Below are positions 35,968 through 47,726 of a DNA stretch of 64,000 bases, one piece after another. The stretch's first letter is position 1; every line of letters starts with the position of its first letter. The stretch is from Azolla caroliniana (taxonomy: Eukaryota; Plantae; Polypodiophyta), in assembly GCA_043228905.1 (NCBI GenBank), contig JBHGNT010000017.1:15376001-15440000 (forward strand), read 5' to 3'. A program made the position numbers and the translations under genes. The notes beneath the pieces are model-generated. The model was not told the origin of the DNA. It was given only the letters and a program-made list of their open reading frames with translations, and did not search any database.

Positions 35968-37023
35968 TGTCGTGAAGATCCGTCACTACGCGCGGATCGT
36001 GAGGCGGAACCGCCGGGGTTCTGGACCGGAAGGATTCAAAGTCGGTACAAGCTTTGGCGCAAGCTTTAGCGAGAAAGTACTTAAGATAGATTGGGAAAGA
36101 GAGAAGTTGAGATCACACGATTGAGAGAGATTGATTGCACTTTTAACTTTAGATTTAAGAAACAAGTTACACGATCAATTTGATAACGAATTTCTTCCTC
36201 TTAATTTTCATAAAATAAACGTGTTTTTTCTCCTCCCCCTTCCTTCTTTTATAGATTCTCCCATGCATATGATGCATGTGAGGGTACGAAACATGCATAA
36301 ATTGCATGTTTGCCATTTGGCGCTTATGTATTACATGTGGTGCATGATAACCATGTCACTCATTTTAGCTCTCATGTATGAGAATTTACATGTAAAAGTA
36401 CAATGATAGAAATATAATTTCAACTAAATAGCATGGCTTAATGGTAAGCCAATTGACTCTAACTTGGAGGTGCAAGGTTCGAATCCTTACTTGCCCTCTT
36501 TGTATATGTATATATGTATATATATTTATATATTTATTTATCTAGTCGTCGGACGCCGGTTCGTCGCCGGATGCCGTTGTCTCACCGGCGCCGAATACCG
36601 GTGCTGCCGCCGGATGTCAGATTGTCGTCGGATCACCGGCTCCATCGCCAGTCCAGTTTTGGTTGGCCAAAACCCTTTACGAGTAGCTAGCCCACCTCCA
36701 CTCTTAGTCTCTATGCTCCACACATAGACACAAAGATAATATCTTTTGCTCTACGTTATATATGATGAGAGCCGTATTTGTCGTGCCTATGTGGGATATC
36801 TCACAATTTTCTCTTTTCCTTTCACAAACTTTATACCCTCATATCTTGACATTTAGTTGTCTGTTTCTCTTGTAATAAAGTGCATTCGAAACCTCCATCA
36901 TTTTGTACTTAGATATTAAATTTATTTAAAATGTTATCTTCACAATTATTGTATTATGTGATTCATACTCGATTTCGTACGTTTTATGGGACTTTCACAC
37001 TATTGCCAAAATTCTTCACGACA
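35968..37023 (-). repeat. Element D 5' LTR (1056 bp)
   Basis: Matches 23017-24317. Confidence 0.95.
36427..36496 (+). other. tRNA-derived Pol III module, second LTR copy
   Basis: Same A and B boxes as 23476-23546, 1 nt shorter in the anticodon region. Confidence 0.75.
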
Positions 37024-37048
37024 ACGCTTCCGCACGCTAACTTTCACA

Positions 37049-39794
37049 ATCTCTCATTCGGCCCACTTAGCCAGAATGAGATCAAACTCTCGTCCAAAGT
37101 ACTGAATCCTTCGGCATCTTCTACCCGGATCGTTTCCAATTCATTGGCCTAATCTTTCGAAGTCGGGTTGGAGTCCGTAGAGAGTATTAGGATGCCGACT
37201 CGTCAAATTCGACATCTCGGCTTCTGCCCATGAGAGTAGTCGACTAATATGCACTTCTCCGACTTTGGGTCAAACTTCCTCCGCATTTCATCCGGTACAT
37301 GCACATAGGCTATGCTACCGAATACCTTAAGTTTGGCTTCTCCCCGAAATATAGCTCGTGTGTTGACAACTTCTCCCCGATCCGGTTTTGGATGTAGAGG
37401 GTCGTCTGGACCGCGTCAGCCTATTAGAACTTGGGCATGCTCTTCTCTTCCAGCATTGCTCGTGTCGTCTTGACGATTGACCAGTTCTTCCTTTCGGCCA
37501 CACAGTTTTGTTCCGTTGTGTATCTGCAACAGAATTGTCTCTGAATTCCCATTTGTTGCAGATAATTGTTGAATTGGTCGGAAAAGTATTCTTTTCCGCC
37601 ATCCGACCACTTGATCTTCCTCTCCATTTCCCGTTCGACAAGACTTTGTAGGTTCCAAAAACAGTCAAAGACTTCGCTTTTCTTCTCTATGAGATAGATC
37701 CATGTGCGTTGGTTGTAGTCGTTGATGAAGGAGATGAAATATCGGCTCCCGCCAAGACTAACGTTCTATGCTAGTCCTCATACATCCAAATGTATCAAGT
37801 CGAGGTTGTTATGGCTCTGGTTTCTTTCGGTGGGGGATGGAAACCGGTGTTGCTTCCTGAGTTTGCGGGCTTCCCATATTTGGGCCTTCCGGCCACTGAA
37901 TTTCGGCAATCCCAAAACAACCTATTTTGATTGCAGGTCTTGAAGCCTCTAATAGTTGACGTCGCCGATCCTCTTGTGCCACAAGTCGATATCCGATTCG
38001 ACCTTCTGTCCTTTTGTAAATATAGTGGTGCCGACATCATTGGTGTCGAGGATAAACATTCTCCCGTCCTGGCGCCCTCGCGCGATGATCTGGCCCTCTT
38101 CCTCAATGAAGCACCCGAGATGCATAAACGGCACTGACATCCCTTGGTCGACGATCTGCCCGACCAACACCAGGTTCTTTGTGATTGTCGAAACATGTAG
38201 TACATTCATCAGTTTTCCCTTTTGTCCGTCATGGCTTAAAGGGACTTCTCCAACCCATCGGGTGAGGAGTGTCGTCTCCGGTTTCGACAACTCCTGGTTG
38301 CTCCGGCTTTTCCAAAAACGAGAACCACTCTTCGTGGCTCATCATATGGTTAGATGCTCCAGAGTCAACGTACCACACTTCCTCCAATCCATAAGTGGTC
38401 TTCATCATTGAGTTCGCCTTGTGTTTCATCACAAAGGTTGGCCCTTTTCCAAACTTTCTGGTTCCGGATCCTTTCGATCCTTCTGCGTAGTGCAAGCTTT
38501 GCCGGTTCCCTTGTCCTACCTTACCAGATCTGGATTCAATGCACTTCTTCCAGCACTCGTTCTCCCGGTGGCCTTTCTTGCCACAATACCAGCCTTCCCT
38601 TGCTAGTTTCTGGCACCGATTTGACTCCCCCTGCTTGTGGAGGTCCTGGAACTGTTGTTGGCACCATCTCTGTGCCTCCAATTCTACTATTGTCAATCGC
38701 TGCTATTGCGTGCTGACCCACCTAGTCCTCCACACCCACAGGACCGATCCGCCTTCGTGTACAACATCCGATTGTCCGATTGAGTGGTCCTTGACCCACT
38801 CGCGCGGTTTTCTTCGACCATGAGCATCGATTGTAGGTCGAAGAAGGACGATGGCTTCTCCTGGGTGCAAATTGCCGTCTGGATTGGCCCGTACCGTTGT
38901 GTTAAACCACCGAGATAGATCTGGACCATCTCGTCTTCGCCCACTGTCACATTGATGGAACTGAGCGCATTGTAGATCTCCTTTATCTTGGTGGTGTAGT
39001 TAGTGACTAACATCTCCTTGTTGCCGATGGTGCAACTTCCGCGTTGTGGTACTTGGGTGAAAATCTTCCGGAAATTTTCCCAGGCCTCCTTCATTGACTT
39101 TGCATCTCTGATGTAGCCAAGCATCTGGTCGTGCACACAAGATGCGAGGCAGTACAACACCATGCTCGCTCCTTGCTCCCATACCGGGAAGTCCTTGTTT
39201 GCCGAATCCGGTGTAGCTTCATTCGCTCCATCCACGTAGCTCCAATATCCATGCTCCAACAGGTCGAGCTTTTCTGTTGGAAGCGAGCTCACCATGCTTC
39301 TGTCCATATCTTCCTTCATGTCGTTTACCAAGTGTTAGGGTTTGGTTGTGAGCGTCACTCATCGGCAGTAGAGGATTCTCAACCCTCACGCTCTGATACC
39401 ATGTGAAACTTAATATGTGGAAGCTTAGATAAACCAGCTCAGTCGGATAACAACAATAGAACCGAAATGAAGGTTTAATGGAAGCATAAGAATACACAGT
39501 ACATGGGAGAGATAGAGAGAGCAGAAATAGCATAAAACTCAATTCCAAATAATAACACTCTGTACATACAAATGTCCTGCATAACACTTTTTATAGAAGT
39601 TCTTAAAAGGACTAACATGTACTTCAATGCTCATACAAGTGACTTACACTAACTCCAAGGAATTTGCGTATGTACTAGGCTAAGATTTTAGACCTCTAAC
39701 GGCCTACCGGTTACAATCCAATCTGGCTCTTGGTTCTGGATACCGATCCGGATCTGGTTGAGCTTGTCCGCGCAGCACGGTCCATATCTCAACA
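37049..39794 (-). mobile_element. Ty1/copia element H, 5' half (LTR, gag, protease, integrase), degenerate
   Basis: LTR 39402-39794 (TG..CA); Met PBS 39390-39401; LLEHGYWSYVDG gag, WYCGKKGHRENEC, WYVDSGASNHM, LWHKRIG, WSDGGKEY, QNCVAERKN; cut at 37049 by P. Confidence 0.9.
39402..39794 (-). repeat. Element H 5' LTR
   Basis: Directly adjacent to the PBS; related to the P LTR. Confidence 0.85.
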
Positions 39795-39992
39795 AATTTG
39801 TAGATGATTACAACACAACATTGTATGATAACGGACTAACAAGTTGATAGATATGGAGTAAAGGAACAGAGGGGATATGGAGTAAAGGAACAAGTTGATG
39901 GATATGGAGTAATGGACAATATGCAAGAATAAAGAGAAGAGAGGGAAAGTTAGAGGCGCAAAAAATACATTTGTATTATTCAAAATGGCAAC

Positions 39993-40334
39993 ATCATCTT
40001 TTCTAAGTTGGTTATATACTAGAACCAAACTAGGGCAAGTACCCTTTATGCTATTTACATAAACAACCTAATCTAGTTTGTCTAATAGGGTAATGTGAAT
40101 ACGTCCATTATATTACCATATTCAACACCTCTCATGCTTCCGACTCTAAAGCCTACTACTCTAATCATCTTTTCTAAGTTGGTTATATACTAGAACCAAA
40201 CTAGGGAAACTACGCTTTATGCTATTTACATAAATAGCCTAATCTAGTTTGTCTAATGGGGTAATGTGAATACGTCCATTATATTACCATATTCAACACC
40301 TCTCATGCTTCCGACTCTAAAGCCTGCTACTCTA
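39993..40334. repeat. 171-bp tandem duplication overlapping the outer end of the left inverted repeat
   Basis: 39993-40163 and 40164-40334 are nearly identical. Confidence 0.93.
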
Positions 40335-40758
40335 TGCATCATTCACCATGGGCATCATCATTACATGAAGAGGCTCTTCTAGCACAAGAGGAGGTTGAGC
40401 TTGAAGACAAGGTAATCACTCTCTCTCACACACATACTTTCTCTTTCAAGAATGATTGGACTCTTCCAAGAATGGTGATACTTGCTTAGAAATAGTCTTT
40501 GTTGGTGTTTAATCTTTGTTTAGTTTAGATATTTCTATATGTAGATAGTCTGGATTTATTGAATACATTTCTATGCTTTGAAGAAGATGTTTTTTCTGTG
40601 AACACTATCATCATGGCTAGAATAACTTAGTGATGGTAACTCACTATTCCCCTCCCCATCTATATATTTTGAACTACAATGAAAAATCTACAAACTCTCA
40701 ACAAGTCCATTCTTCGGAGTTCTCTATTGAGGGAGCAATGAGGTTCCTATAATGAGCA
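40299..40758 (+). repeat. Left long inverted repeat
   Basis: Reverse complement of 51074-51527 (for example TTCAAGAATGATTGGACTCTTCCAAGAATGGTGA). Confidence 0.93.
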
Positions 40759-40979
40759 CTCGAATGAGTTCATTCAACATATTGTTGAGATAGTAAGTTA
40801 GTGAGGTTTGACAAGATAAATGAATCATATCATTGGACGGTATATATAATGAGGTTTTCGAACATTTACGTGTTATTATATTTTACTTCTGTTATTTAGT
40901 GAGATTATTGCTCTCATTTTTCTCTTTGCAGTATGATGAGATTCGAACAACAAATGAAGGTCTAATTCCCATAGGAAAG

Positions 40980-43900
40980 TGTTAGGAAACAGGTCCCTCC
41001 GGATGGGAAGTGAGAAGAATAGTACTGATGAGCAAACAGTACCGGATGACGAGTACCCGGAAATGGAAGACCCGATGAGAACCGGATGACGTGTGCCCGG
41101 AAAGCGCCGGATGATGCAAGCCCGGTGAGGAGTGCTCACCGGATGAAGGGACATATTCATAAATATGTTTCTGAGAGTCCATCGGGGCTATATTTGTAAA
41201 TAGCCGAAAAGTCATATTAGTATAAATATGACTTAGGGCAAACTTTAGTTTGTGGTTGTCATTCTTGTTGGTGCAAGATTAGAGCGTAACAGTGCACAGA
41301 GAGAGACAGAGAGAGGAAGAGGTCGTTGCCTCTGTTGTAACCGCTGCCTGTGGCGAAGATAGCAAGCTCGAGGTCGTTGCCTCAGTGCTTCACTATTGTA
41401 AATTCTGATATAGTGATAGTTTGCAATCTGTGGGCTGCCATGGTTTTTCCCGTGTTTGGGTTTTCCACGTAAACATCCTATGTACTCTTCTCTCCATTGT
41501 GTCGTGCATTCATTCCCGTTTTTTCTGTGTTTGATCCTAAGCTTGGTTATGGCCGAGTGTTGTTCATCGGGAGCGCGTAGTTCCTGTCAAAGTGGTATCA
41601 GAGCGAGACGACACAGAAAATGGACGATTCGTTGGGAGGTATTTTCAAGCTCACAGGCTCCAACTATTCGGTGTGGAAGTCGAAGATGAGGGACATGCTC
41701 GTGGTTAAAGATCTTTGGTTGCTGGTTCAGTTCGGGGACAAGAGACCGGACAAAATCGACGCCGCGATATGGGAGGTGATGCACATGAAGACAACGGCTT
41801 ACATACGGTGCTTCATCGACATGACTCTATACAACAACTTCAATGAAGAGAGCAAGGCTCATGAGCTATGGGAGAAGATCGGCATTATGTTTCAAAACAA
41901 AAATGTTGTTAATCAGGTTTCGGTATTCTGGAAGCTAGTAAGACTCCAGTACCAAGATGGCTCTAGCATGGCGGAGCACATGAATGCCTTCCAGGGGCTG
42001 ATCCACCAAGCAACATCATTGGAAGTACCTCTCGCCGATGAGGTACTAGCACTACTCCTGCTTGGTTCCCTCCCAGATAGCTGGGAGACGTTGGTTGTCA
42101 CTTTGGGCAACGCCGGGCCAGAAGGGAAACGGTTATCCCTAGCAAGAGTGAAGTCGAGCTTGCTAGATGAGGAGGCGCGTCGGAAAGATAAGGATACGAG
42201 CTCTGACTCCAAAGCGCTCCTTACCGAATCGGAACGTGGAAGACAAAGGAACCGTAGCCCCCAGAACCGGGGAAAGTCGGGGACACGGTCAAAGTCAAGG
42301 GGGAGGCCTACTTGCTTCTATTGCGGCAAGCCGGGACACTTCCAGAAGAACTGTCGGCACTTCCGAAAAGACAAGGAAACCGACGGTACCGATTCGAAGC
42401 GGACATCGGACCGGAACGATAAAGACCGGAGGGGGCCGGACCGGAAGGAAACGACGGCAATCGCGGCAAGTGAAGAAGAGTTGATGCTCATCACCGAGGA
42501 GAGTGAGCTAAACCTTGCCGGCGACGAGATGACCTGGGTGGTCGACTCCGGAGCGTCGTTCCACCTTACCCCGGATCGGAAATACTTCTCATCCTACTCA
42601 GCCAATGATCACGACTGTGTCCAGATGGGGAATGAAGGTACATGCCGAATTGTCGGCATAGGAGACGTGTGGTTGACATCGCCAACCGGATGCAAGTTGT
42701 TGTTGAAGGATGTCTGACATGTTCCAGAGGTTCGTCTGAACCTGATATCATTTGGTCGGCTAGATGATGAAGGCTACACGGGTAGTATCCGGAACGGTGT
42801 TATGAAGTTCAGTAAAGGGAGCCTGATTGTGGCTCGGGCCTGAAAGGTAAACACATTGTACCTGATGAATGGCCGGTTATGTCCGGAGGAAGTGAATTTG
42901 GCATCCGACACTGCCAGTGAGCTGTGGCACAAGAGGCTGTGTCACATGAGCGAGAAGGGGATGAAGAGGCTTGTAGAACACAACCTCATTCTAGTGAAGA
43001 ACGTGCACTTGGAGAAGTGCACTGATTGTATGGCCGGTAAACAAAACCGGACCTCCTTCCGACCAAGGCCACCAATGAGACGTAACGCACCACTGGAGTT
43101 GGTCCATACTGATGTGTGTCAAGTGGACACGAAGTCACATGCAGGATCGCAGTACTTCGTGACGTTCATCAATGACCACAGCCGGAAGTTGTGGGCCACA
43201 CCGTTGAAGATGAAGGATCAAGTGTTATCCGTCTTCAAAGAGCTCCATGCGAGAGTGGAAAGAGAAACTGACCGGAAGCTGAAGGCGGTTCGAGTAGATA
43301 ACGGAGGTGAATATCGGGGGTAGTTCGAGGAGTATTGTCACTCGAAGGGAATCCGGCTCGAATTTACCGTGCCGAAGACGCCGGAACTAAACGGGCTGGC
43401 CGAGAAGATGAACCGAACCATAATGGAGAGGGGCCAGAGTATGTTGGCGCATGCAAAACTACCCAAGAAGTTTTGGGTTGAGGCACTATTGACGGCAACA
43501 TATGTGATAAATAGATCACCCTCAGTACCCTTGGACAGAGACACGCCACAGAGAGTCTGGACCGGTAAGGAAGTGTCCCACCGTCATCTAAAGGTATCCG
43601 GGTGTCTTGCGTACGTGCTTGTAGCTAAGGACTGGAGAGGAAAACTAGATCCGAAGACCCGTCCATGCATATTCCTCGGTTACGGCGACGATGAGTTTGG
43701 CTACCAAGTGTGGGACCTGGTCGACAAGAAGGTATTCCGGAGTCGAGATATTATCTTCATGGAGGACAAGACGCTCGCCGACTAGGAGTCGGAGAAGAAG
43801 ATAATGAACTCTGAGTCGACCGGTAAGGATCGATTCTACGATGAGCAGACCCAACCGGCAAGAGACCAGTTAGCACTCGAGTAACCAGCCGGTTACGGTG

Positions 43901-46268
43901 AGGATAACAAACCGACAGAAGAAGTAGAGGAAGCTGAAACCGGAACCGGCCAAGACCCCGAATCGGATTCGGATGAAGAGCAAAGGGAGGAGCCGGTTAT
44001 CGAAGCCCAAAGACGGAGATATCCTCTCAGAGAGAGAAGGGCCCCTCGGAGATTTCCGAATGCAAAGCATGTGCTGCTAACCGATGAGGGGGAGCCAGAA
44101 AGCTTCGAAGAAGCGAAGGATGACACCCACAGCCGCAAATGCTTAAGTGTCATGCAGGATGAGATGGATTCCCTGCATGAGAACCATACGTACGAATTGT
44201 TGGAGTTGCCGAAAGGAAAGCGGGCACTCCGAAACAAGTGGGTGTACAAGTTGAAACCGGGAGATGCCGGCAACCCCCCGAGATACAAAGCCAGGATCGT
44301 GGTGAAGGGGTTCCAACAGAAGAAGGGCGTGGACTTCAACGAGATATTTGCCCCGGTAGTAAAGATGACCTCCATCCGAACGGTGCTGAGTATAGCGGCA
44401 AGCATGGACCTCGAGGTAGAGCAACTGGACGTGAAGACGGCATTCCTTCACGGTGACCTCGAAGAGGGGATCTACATGCAGCAACCGGAAGGATTCGTGG
44501 AGAAAGGGAAGGAGCACCTGGTTTGCCAGTTGAAGAAGAGCCTGTACGGACTGAAGCAGGCTCCCCGACAATGGTACCGGAAGTTCGACTCCTTCATGAC
44601 TGATCAAGGGTACCACAAGACGCAGGCCGATCACTGCATGTTTGTGAAGAAGTTCGAAGCAGGCGACTTCCTGATACTCCTTCTGTACGTGGACGACATG
44701 TTGATCGTCGGACGGGACCAAGCCAGAATACGGATGCTGAAGAAGACTCTCAACCGAACTTTCACAATGAAAGACTTGGGTCTGGCAAGACAGATGTTGG
44801 GGATGCATATCATCCGGAACCGGCCAACGAAGCAAATGTGGCTGTCACAAGAGAAATACGTGACAAAGGTGCTTCAGCGGTTCAACATGTTAGAAGCGAA
44901 ACCAGTCGGATCGACACTCCCGACAAATTGCAGATTATCCAGTAAGCAAAGCCCGAAGACGAAAGCAGAGAAGCCTGATATGATGAAGGTTCCATATGCC
45001 TCTGCCGTCGGGAGCTTAATGTACGCAATGGTGTGTACCCGACCGGATATAGGATACGCAGTCGGAGTTGTGAGCCGGTTTATGAGCAATCCCGGCAAGG
45101 AGCACTGGAACGCAGTCAAATGGATACTCCGATACTTGAAGGGCACTTCAAATATGTGTCTTCGATTCGGCTCCGGAAAACCTCAACTTGACGGTTTTAC
45201 CAATTCGGACATGTCGGCTGATGTGGATACCAACCGGTCTACATCCGGGTATGTAATGACATATGCAGGGGGAGTTGTTTCGTGGCAGTCGAGGCTGCAG
45301 AAGACGGTTGCGTTGTCAACCACGGAGGCAGAGTACATGGCGGTTGTGGAAGCCGGAAAGGAAATATTATGGATGAAGGATTTCATCGGAGAGCTTGGTA
45401 TCCGGCAAGATGAATACCGGCTCTATTGTAACAGTCAAAGTGCCATCCACCTTGCTAAGAATGCGGCCTACCATTCCTGGACGAAGCATATCCAGCGAAG
45501 GTATCACTAGATCCGGGAAAGACTAGATGACCAGGAGTTCGCGTTGATGAAGATCCACACAGCCGAGAACGGGTCAGATATGCTGACCAAAGTACTGATA
45601 CCCGACAAGCTGGATGCATGCCGGAAGCGGATCGGACTAGTAAGACATCCCATGCCGGGGTGAAGGGGGAGTTTGTTAGGAAATAGGTCCCTCCGGATGG
45701 GAAGTGAGAAGAGGCCGAAACCGGATGACGAGTACCCGGCAACGGAAGACCCAGTGAGAACCGGATGACGTGTGCCCGGAAAGCGCCGGATGATGCAGGA
45801 CCGGTGAGGAGTGCTCACCGGATGAAGGGACATATTCGTAAATATGTTTCTGAGAGTCCATCGGGGCTATATTTGTAAATAGCCAAAAAGCCATATTAGT
45901 ATAAATTTGACTTAGGGAAAACTTTAGTTTGTGGTTGTCATTCTTGTTGGCACAAGATTAGAGCGTAACAGTGTACAGAGAGAGACAGAGAGAGGAAGAG
46001 GTCGTTGCCTCTGTTGTAACTGCCGCATGTGGCGAAGATAGCAAGCTCGAGGTCGTTGCCTCAATGCTTCACTATTGTACATTCTGATATAGTGATAGTT
46101 TGCAGTCTGTGGGCTGCCGTGGTTTTTCCCGTGTTTGGGTTTTCCACGTAAACATCCTATGTACTCTTCTCTCCATTGTGTCGTGCATTCATTCCCTTTT
46201 TTTCTGTGTTTGATCCTAAGCTTGGTTGTGGCCGAGCGTTGTTCATCGAGAGCGCGTAGTTCCTGTCC
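40980..46268 (+). mobile_element. Ty1/copia element G, full length, same family as F
   Basis: LTRs 40980-41589 and 45674-46268 (terminal CA changed to CC); TSD GAAAG on both sides; Met PBS 41593-41604; PPT GAAGGGGGAG. Confidence 0.97.
41620..45663 (+). pseudogene. gag-pol: Element G gag-pol, single frame with several premature stops
   Basis: ORFs 41620, 42856, 43369 and 44071 share one frame; CFYCGKPGHFQKNC, WVVDSGAS, LLYVDDML, STTEAEY. Confidence 0.95.
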
Positions 46269-47726
46269 GAAAGATCAATGCAAATAATGACCACAATGAA
46301 TTTGAGGGTGATGGAGATGATGATATTGGTGATCCTAGAGATGATGAAAGTGAAGGTGAAGACTTTGAACAGGAAACTGGATAACACATTATCATGCTAG
46401 CCTATAGTAGAATATTGATTTTACACAACTAAGGATATTTCAACCCATGTACTTCATCTGGTAATTGTAACTGGCCTTTTCTTAGGGTATCTTTTATATG
46501 CTTTATTTTTAAGAGGCAATTGTCTTGGTTTTTTTAGATGGATTATGCAAGGACATTGGTATATACAAAAAAGACTAAAACATGCACATAGTTTTGCTTT
46601 TAGATTTATAATGGTAAGACTTCTTCATTGAATCAATCATCTTTGAGCTAATAAACTATTCATGACTAGATTGGTTATCTTTTGGCTTGATCTAGTCTAT
46701 GTTTTCAAAGAGTGCAGTGCCTTAACACTCTTAAAATGTCACTATGATAGATTGTGCATGTATCAAATTTAATTTAAGAGAGTTCAAAACTGTTTCACGA
46801 TGGTACTTGTATCATATTCTCAAACGTGATTGTTTGATGAACTTTGAATTGTTGTTATGTATGCATGAGATTGCACAGATTGTTTCTTGTAGTTATACCT
46901 TGATGATTGTATTATGGGATCAACCTAATCTAATGGAAGGTTGAATGTTAATTTTAGTGTTTAGCACTATCATAGGGTAGAACGATGACGCAAGCACCAC
47001 TAATTGCCATTCTTATGTTTTTTTGCGCTTTTTACCTTTAAAAAAATTGCCCTATAATAAATAATGAATACGAAAGTATAGTATTTACCATACTTCGAGG
47101 GTGTTTACCATACTCGAATGATTGAAACATTCTTGAATGTGAATGCACGTATGGTTCATACTATGATATCCTCATCACATAAAAAATTAGTGCCAACAGG
47201 AGTAATATGCTCATCATGCAAGTACATTATATCCTCATCATTGTATACCAAGTTGGTTATATCGTCAACATTGTATCCTCATTATTGTATACTAGATGCA
47301 TTGTACACTCAACGTCTATAAACACCATTTCGCAAAGTATATGCATCATTGAGCAAATACATAACACCTTGAAGACTAGAAAGATAAAAACACCATATCC
47401 AACAAGTTTCATATATTCCAAAAAGATATAATGTCAATGTATGAGTATTTACAAAAGTTGAAAACTGAAGATACAATATGTCCATCGTACATAGCTTAGA
47501 TAAAAATCAAAGAAATATATGCCATCACTCATATACTCATTGCAAACGAGAAAAGTCTAAACCACACTAGATGCAAAAATTAACCATCCGCTTCTCATGT
47601 CCATGGACCCTACAAAAGGCACCAAACAAGTTATCATTCATTAGTGTGCAAATACGAATATAAGGATGAGTAAAAATGTGGATATAGGAATGAGAATTGA
47701 ACCTCACAAAACATGATGGTAACACT

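Larger units (their letters stand above)
23017..37023 (-). mobile_element. Ty3/gypsy element D (same lineage as C), full length, interrupted by Copia F
   Basis: LTRs 23017-24317 and 35968-37023 (TGTCGTGAAG..CTTCACGACA); 4-bp TSD ACGT/ACGC; Trp PBS 35942-35959; PPT 24318-24330 (minus strand TGGTGGGGGTGGA). Confidence 0.95.
698..37048 (+). mobile_element. Ty1/copia element P, 3' part (RT/RNase H remnant, PPT, 3' LTR split by two insertions)
   Basis: RT/RH remnant 698-1175; PPT TTGAGCGGGAG 1634-1644; LTR starts TGTTGAG at 1645, continues 22718-23016 and ends ...CTAACTTTCACA at 37048. The joined LTR resembles the reverse complement of the H LTR (39402-39794). Confidence 0.8.

Noticed and set aside
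41025-41070. CTGATGAG...GAAA as a hammerhead ribozyme
   Set aside because: No convincing stems, and the motif is absent from the partner LTR and altered in sister elements.
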